Positions 58,994 through 64,000 of a stretch of DNA of 64,000 nucleotides are shown here, one piece after another. A program made the position numbers and the translations under genes. The DNA is from Minisyncoccia bacterium (GTDB lineage: Bacteria; Patescibacteriota; Minisyncoccia; Phycocordibacterales; UBA9973): assembly GCA_044229265.1 (NCBI GenBank), contig JBGATK010000003.1, positions 24,638-88,637 on the forward strand. Reading direction: 5' to 3'. The notes under the pieces were generated by a model, which was not told the DNA's origin, did no database searches, and saw only the letters and a program-made list of their open reading frames with translations. The number at the start of each line of letters is the position of its first letter. The first letter of the stretch is position 1.

Positions 58994-59932
58994 TTATTTC
59001 TTATTTATAATTTCTACGGCTTTGCCTATGAGTGGAACTATATCATTATAAATCCGCAGTTCCGGTATTTCGCGCATTTCAAACCAACGAGCGCCATCGA
59101 GTCCTCCTGTTTGTTTTAAAAGCATTTCTCGATATTCACTTTCTGCTAAATAATAAGCGACTATTCTAAGACTCTTTCCTCTCTCTGGATGTGTAGCCAC
59201 ATACTCATTCTCACCAAGCTTACAAATAATTTTAATATCTAAATTTATTTCTTCTTTTATTTTACGCATAGTGCCAACCTCTACATCCTCATCACCCTCG
59301 AGTTTCCCTTTTGAAAGTGTCCAATATCCAAACACGTCGTGCACTAAAGCAAAATAAATTTTGCCATCTTTTTTGGCATAAACCAAAGCACCACCAAGAA
59401 ATTCTTTTGGGAGTGTCGCAGGATCTACTGGTTCTTCGATCTTTTTCTTTTTACTAACTTCATCTTTACCCGGCTCACCTATTTCTTTATAAACAGCGCC
59501 TAAAACTCCGTTGATGAACTTACTAGAATTTTCTCCCCCGAAAGTTTTCGCAAGTTCAATAGACTCATTGATAGCTACCTTTGGTGGCACTTGTGTTCTG
59601 TCGCCAAAAAGAAGCTCGGTCAGTCCGATGCGTAAAATATTCCTATCAATTACTGAGATCTTGTCTATTGGCCACTCTGGAGCGGCTTTGGTAATAATCT
59701 CGTCTACAACACTTTTCTTTTTTAAAATTAAATTAGTAAGAGCTCCGACAAAATCATCATCTTCGAGTCCTGGAGCAAATTCTTCTAAATTTCTCTTTAA
59801 AGTTTCTTTTATATCTTCATCAGTCCAGCCAGTAGTATCGCTCGGATCTTTGTGCCTCGGACCCATAGGCAAAAAATCCCATTCGAAGAGAGTTTGCAAA
59901 ACTATTGATCTTGAAAGGTGCCTGTTTGCCAT
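58994..59932 (-). CDS. NusB-like antitermination domain fused to a C-terminal NUDIX hydrolase domain
   Basis: NusB N-terminal helices (SRSIVLQTLFEWDF...). Nudix box GKLEGDEDVEVGTMRKIKEEINL (Gx5Ex7REuxEExGu-like). Confidence 0.65.
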   Translation of the reverse strand: MANRHLSRSIVLQTLFEWDFLPMGPRHKDPSDTTGWTDEDIKETLKRNLEEFAPGLEDDDFVGALTNLILKKKSVVDEIITKAAPEWPIDKISVIDRNILRIGLTELLFGDRTQVPPKVAINESIELAKTFGGENSSKFINGVLGAVYKEIGEPGKDEVSKKKKIEEPVDPATLPKEFLGGALVYAKKDGKIYFALVHDVFGYWTLSKGKLEGDEDVEVGTMRKIKEEINLDIKIICKLGENEYVATHPERGKSLRIVAYYLAESEYREMLLKQTGGLDGARWFEMREIPELRIYNDIVPLIGKAVEIINKK

Positions 59933-60004
59933 AAATTAACGAACGAATTGATGTAATTTATAAGCAATCCACATTTCGCGTGGATGCCATATTTTATTTG
60001 TAAA

Positions 60005-60232
60005 TTACTTTACCTCTGCTTTTTTAGCTTTTACTTTCTTTTGTTTTTTTTCGATTTTTGCTACCTTATTTATAACATTCTTGCCACGATAAAAACCGCA
60101 AGATTTACAAACTGTGTGTAATTTTTTCTTATCCCCGCAATTAGAACATTTTGCGAAGCTCACTGCCTTTAATGCATGATGTGAACGTCTGTTCTTAGTA
60201 TGCCCGGATGTATGTCTCATTCGTATAACCAT
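60005..60232 (-). CDS. rpmF: 50S ribosomal protein L32 with a Lys-rich C-terminal extension
   Basis: RRSHHALK...CSNCG...H.VC..CGFYRGK. Confidence 0.75.
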   Translation of the reverse strand: MVIRMRHTSGHTKNRRSHHALKAVSFAKCSNCGDKKKLHTVCKSCGFYRGKNVINKVAKIEKKQKKVKAKKAEVK

Positions 60233-60278
60233 AATAAGCTATAGTAGCATAACTATTTCAAAATGCCAAATTTATGCT

Positions 60279-62033
60279 ATGATAGAATTTATGAAAGAAG
60301 ATGCAAATTTAACTAACAAAAGACACACGCTCGCGCACCTCATGGCAGAGGCTGTAATGGAACATTATCCGAGCTCAAAGCTTACTCTCGGTCCTGCTAT
60401 AGATGACGGCTTTTATTATGACTTTGATTTTGGCGCAGAAAAATTAAGCGATACAGATTTGGTAAAAATAGAAAAGTCTATGAAAAAAAATCTATCAAAA
60501 TGGATAGAATTCACTCACAGAGAGGTAAATAAACAAGAAGCGGAAGAAATATTCACTGGTAATCCTTACAAACTAGAACTCATAAATGAAATTAGAGAGC
60601 GCGGTGAAAAAATCACTTTGTATTCTTGTGGAGGTTTTGAAGACTTATGCCGTGGTGGACATTCGGAGAATCCTAATAAAGAAATTGAGGTGGACTCTTT
60701 TAAACTCGACCGAGTAGCCGGAGCATATTGGCGCGGAGATGAGAAAAACAAAATGCTCACCCGCATCTACGGCCTCGCATTTGAAAATAAAGAAGCCCTC
60801 GATGCATATATCGCTCAAAGAGAAGAAGCAATGAAAAGAGACCATAAAAAAATTGGGAAAGAAATGAAATTATTTACTTTTTCAGAACTTGTTGGCCCTG
60901 GATTACCACTTTGGACACCAAAAGGAACAATTATTCGCGAACTTTTAAATGATTTTGTATGGGAACTTCGAAAAGAAAGAGGTTATGAAAAAGTTTGCAT
61001 TCCACACATCACCAAAAAAGAACTCTATGAGACAAGTGGGCACTGGGCAAAATATGCTGATGATTTATTTAAAATAAATACTCGTGAAGATCACCTCTAT
61101 GCTATGAAGCCGATGAACTGCCCACATCACACACAAATCTTCGACTCTGAACCTAGAAGCTATAGAGATATGCCGCAGCGTTATGCTGAGACTACGATGG
61201 TGTATCGTGATGAACAATCAGGTGAGCTGTCTGGACTTTCTAGGGTACTTTCTATAACTCAAGACGATGCCCATGTATTTTGTCGTGAGAGTCAAATAGA
61301 AGTCGAGGCAATGGCAGTCTGGGATATTGTTGAAAAATTCTATGGTGCTTTTGGTTTCGAATTACAAGTAAGATTTTCTACACATGATCCTAAACAAAGA
61401 GAAAAATATCTAGGCACAGATGATATGTGGCAAAAAGCTGAAAGTGCCCTCGAAAACTTAATGAAGCAAAAAGGTGTGGAGTGGATGGACGGTACAGGTG
61501 AAGCTGCTTTTTATGGACCAAAGATAGATTTTATAGCAAAAGATTCTATAGGCAGAGTTCTACAAGTAGCTACAATACAACTCGACTTCAATCAACCAAA
61601 AAATTTCGGTCTATTTTGTGTAAATGAAAAAGGTGAAAAAGAACAAGTCGTAATGATCCACGCTGCCATCATGGGCTCTATAGAAAGATTTATGTCTACA
61701 CTTATCGAACACACTGCTGGAGTGTTTCCTGTTTGGCTTTCCCCTGTGCAAGTAGCAATCGTGCCTGTACGCGAAAATCATAATGACAAAGCGCAAGAAA
61801 TTTTTGATTCACTAAAGAAAGAAGGCATAAGAGTAGAAATGAAAAGTGAAGACGACTCTCTAGGCAAAAGAATAAACAGCGCCAAAGCACAAAAAGTACC
61901 CTACGTCATAGTCCTCGGCGACAAAGAAGTCTCCTCCGGCAACCTCACCATCGAAAGCCGTACAGACAAACAAGAAATGTCTCTCGAAGATTTTATTGCA
62001 AAACTAAAAGAGGAAATAAAAAATAAAAAATAA
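60279..62033 (+). CDS. thrS: Threonine--tRNA ligase (short, lacks the N-terminal TGS domain)
   Basis: Second additional domain HLMAEAVMEHYP...; class II motifs and C-terminal anticodon-binding domain. Confidence 0.9.
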   Translation: MIEFMKEDANLTNKRHTLAHLMAEAVMEHYPSSKLTLGPAIDDGFYYDFDFGAEKLSDTDLVKIEKSMKKNLSKWIEFTHREVNKQEAEEIFTGNPYKLELINEIRERGEKITLYSCGGFEDLCRGGHSENPNKEIEVDSFKLDRVAGAYWRGDEKNKMLTRIYGLAFENKEALDAYIAQREEAMKRDHKKIGKEMKLFTFSELVGPGLPLWTPKGTIIRELLNDFVWELRKERGYEKVCIPHITKKELYETSGHWAKYADDLFKINTREDHLYAMKPMNCPHHTQIFDSEPRSYRDMPQRYAETTMVYRDEQSGELSGLSRVLSITQDDAHVFCRESQIEVEAMAVWDIVEKFYGAFGFELQVRFSTHDPKQREKYLGTDDMWQKAESALENLMKQKGVEWMDGTGEAAFYGPKIDFIAKDSIGRVLQVATIQLDFNQPKNFGLFCVNEKGEKEQVVMIHAAIMGSIERFMSTLIEHTAGVFPVWLSPVQVAIVPVRENHNDKAQEIFDSLKKEGIRVEMKSEDDSLGKRINSAKAQKVPYVIVLGDKEVSSGNLTIESRTDKQEMSLEDFIAKLKEEIKNKK

Positions 62034-62060
62034 AAAATCCCCATTAAGGGGATTTTTTAT

Positions 62061-64000
62061 TTAGATATCAATCTCAGCTAACTTTGCATTTGATTGGATG
62101 AATGATTTACGAGGAGGGACTTCGGAGCCCATGAGTATGTCGAAGATTTTGTTGGCTTCTTCGGCATCAGAGATATCTACCCTTTTTAATACGCGGTTGT
62201 TTGGGTCCATGGTTGTCTCCCAGAGTTCTTCTGGATTCATTTCTCCGAGACCTTTGAAGCGCTGAATGTGGAATTTTGTAGATTTTGCTTTTGTCTCTAC
62301 CTCACTTTCTTCTCCTTCGACAATTTCAGGACCCTCCGCTTCTACAGCTTCTATTTCCACAACATCATTACTCTTGCCTACTATCTTTGTGCGCTCCTCA
62401 TCAGTATAAGCATAAAAAATTTCTTTACCTCTTTTTATTTTATAAAGTGGTGGTTGAGCAATATATATGTAGCCAGCTTCGACTATTTGTTTAAAATATC
62501 TATAAAATAAAGTTAACAAAAGTGTGCGAATGTGTGATCCGTCCACGTCGGCATCTGTAGCTATAATTATTTTATGATAACGCATTTTGGATAAATCAAA
62601 AGTATCTCCAATCGAAGCTCCCATAGCTATCACAAGTGCACGAACTTCTTTTGAAGCTAGCATTTTATCTATACGAGCACGTTCCACATTGAGAATCTTT
62701 CCGCGAAGTGGCAATATGGCTTGAGTACGTCTGTCGCGACCTTGCTTGGCAGAGCCTCCCGCAGAGTCTCCCTCTACTAAAAATAGTTCAGAATCTTCAG
62801 CGCTTTTACTTTGGCAATCTGCAAGTTTACCAGGAAGAGTCATACCTTCAAGGGCGCCTTTACGAAGAATAGAATCTTTTGCTGCTTTTGCTGCTTTGCG
62901 AGCTTTTAGTGCTAAAATAGACTTGTTAATTATGGATTTTGCAGCATCTGGATTCTCTTCTAAAAAGGCATTAAAACCTTCAGCGAATACAGTAGCAACT
63001 GCTCCTTGAGCTTCCATACTTCCTAATTTTGCTTTTGTTTGACCTTCAAATTGTATTTCTGCGAGTTTTACAGAAATCACCGCAGTCAGGCCTTCGAGCA
63101 CATCTTCTCCAGTAAAACCACCTTCACTCTCCTTCATCATTTCATTTTTCTTACAATAAGTATTGAGCGTGCGAGTAAGTGCAGTTTTAAAACCAGTCAC
63201 GTGAGTGCCTCCTTCTGGATTATAAATATTATTTGCAAAAGGAATAATTCTATCAACAATGTCGTCGACATATTGAAGAGCTATCTCTACACCCACACCA
63301 TCCTGTTCTTTTTCAACATAAAAAATACTGTCTTGAATTGGTTTTTGAAATTTATTGTAATACTTTATTAATGAAGAAAGTCCTCCTTCAAAGTAAAATG
63401 TAGTAGTTGGCACTTCTAAATTCAAATCACGAAAATTAAAAACTTCGTCGAGATTCATTTTTGCTTTTGTATCAAAAAGCTCATTTGGATCTATCTCCCT
63501 TGCATCTACTACTACTATTTTTAATTGCTTTACTAAATACGCTTGCTGACGAATGTGGTTCACAATAGTATTTAAATCATATTTAATATCACCAAAAATT
63601 TCAGTATCTGGCTCAAAGGTAATAATAGTACCGTGCAATTTTGATGAGCCAACTTTTTTCACAGCTCCCTTTTTCTTACCTTGAGAATATTCTTGAATAA
63701 ATTTTCCACCATCACGGTGCACTTCGGCACGACAATAAATAGAAAGAGCATTCACAACTGATGCACCGACACCATGTAGACCTCCAGAAACTTTATAACC
63801 TGAGCCTTCACCTCCGAATTTTCCTCCAGCATGGAGTGTGGTCATCACCGTTTCCAGTGCTGAAACTTTTGTTTTAGGGTGAACATCAGTAGGTATACCT
63901 CGGCCATTATCTACTACGCGAATTCTGTTTGCTGGAAGCAAAGTAATTTCTATTTCATTACAATACCCACCCATCGCTTCGTCGCGAGAGTTATCAAAAA
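62061..64000 (-). CDS. gyrB: DNA gyrase subunit B, partial (N-terminus lies beyond the window end)
   Basis: TOPRIM and C-terminal tail present; the N-terminal ATPase region runs off the window. Confidence 0.9.
   Translation of the reverse strand, partial: FDNSRDEAMGGYCNEIEITLLPANRIRVVDNGRGIPTDVHPKTKVSALETVMTTLHAGGKFGGEGSGYKVSGGLHGVGASVVNALSIYCRAEVHRDGGKFIQEYSQGKKKGAVKKVGSSKLHGTIITFEPDTEIFGDIKYDLNTIVNHIRQQAYLVKQLKIVVVDAREIDPNELFDTKAKMNLDEVFNFRDLNLEVPTTTFYFEGGLSSLIKYYNKFQKPIQDSIFYVEKEQDGVGVEIALQYVDDIVDRIIPFANNIYNPEGGTHVTGFKTALTRTLNTYCKKNEMMKESEGGFTGEDVLEGLTAVISVKLAEIQFEGQTKAKLGSMEAQGAVATVFAEGFNAFLEENPDAAKSIINKSILALKARKAAKAAKDSILRKGALEGMTLPGKLADCQSKSAEDSELFLVEGDSAGGSAKQGRDRRTQAILPLRGKILNVERARIDKMLASKEVRALVIAMGASIGDTFDLSKMRYHKIIIATDADVDGSHIRTLLLTLFYRYFKQIVEAGYIYIAQPPLYKIKRGKEIFYAYTDEERTKIVGKSNDVVEIEAVEAEGPEIVEGEESEVETKAKSTKFHIQRFKGLGEMNPEELWETTMDPNNRVLKRVDISDAEEANKIFDILMGSEVPPRKSFIQSNAKLAEIDI

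Noticed and set aside
1-64000. CRISPR arrays, rRNA genes, prophage structural genes
   Set aside because: None found by eye. There are no short regularly spaced direct repeats, the only rRNA-like GC-rich stretch resolved as rnpB, and there are no capsid, terminase or portal-like ORFs.

Overview
The window is AT-rich and compactly organised, from a bacterium with short core proteins (RpoB 1055 aa, RpoC 1200 aa, ThrS 584 aa, ProS 422 aa, hinge-less SMC 737 aa, roughly 306-nt RNase P RNA). This suggests a reduced-genome lineage such as Patescibacteria (CPR), although a Bacteroidota-like SprB-repeat protein with a T9SS-like C-terminal domain is also present.

The window has two parts.

1. Positions 1-15,000 are an accessory region. 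It begins at tRNA-Asn and holds small orphan genes with shared promoter/operator and repeat modules, a PLD-family protein and MltG. The centrepiece is a nested inverted-repeat locus at tRNA-Ala: a large serine recombinase gene flanked by 116-bp near-perfect inverted repeats, immediately followed by a second pair of about 258-bp inverted repeats that brackets a 7.7-kb cargo. The cargo holds an IS3-family element, two paralogous small proteins each preceded by a long perfect hairpin, unknown operons, and a roughly 200-nt structured repeat (R1, R2 and an inverted partial copy R3) that shows compensatory stem changes.

2. Positions 15,000-64,000 are mostly housekeeping genes: histidine kinase, SprB-repeat secreted protein, rnpB, tgt, mreBC, proS, rpsB-tsf, tRNA-Thr, a redox/DsbA cluster, rpoD-dnaG-rpoC-rpoB, purA, guaB, trmD, rpsP, rnr, smc, rnc, thrS and gyrB. 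Several unusual fusions stand out (DacA-CapA, NusB-NUDIX), together with a standalone DGQHR/ParB-like protein next to an ECF sigma factor.

No CRISPR array, rRNA or reverse transcriptase was seen.
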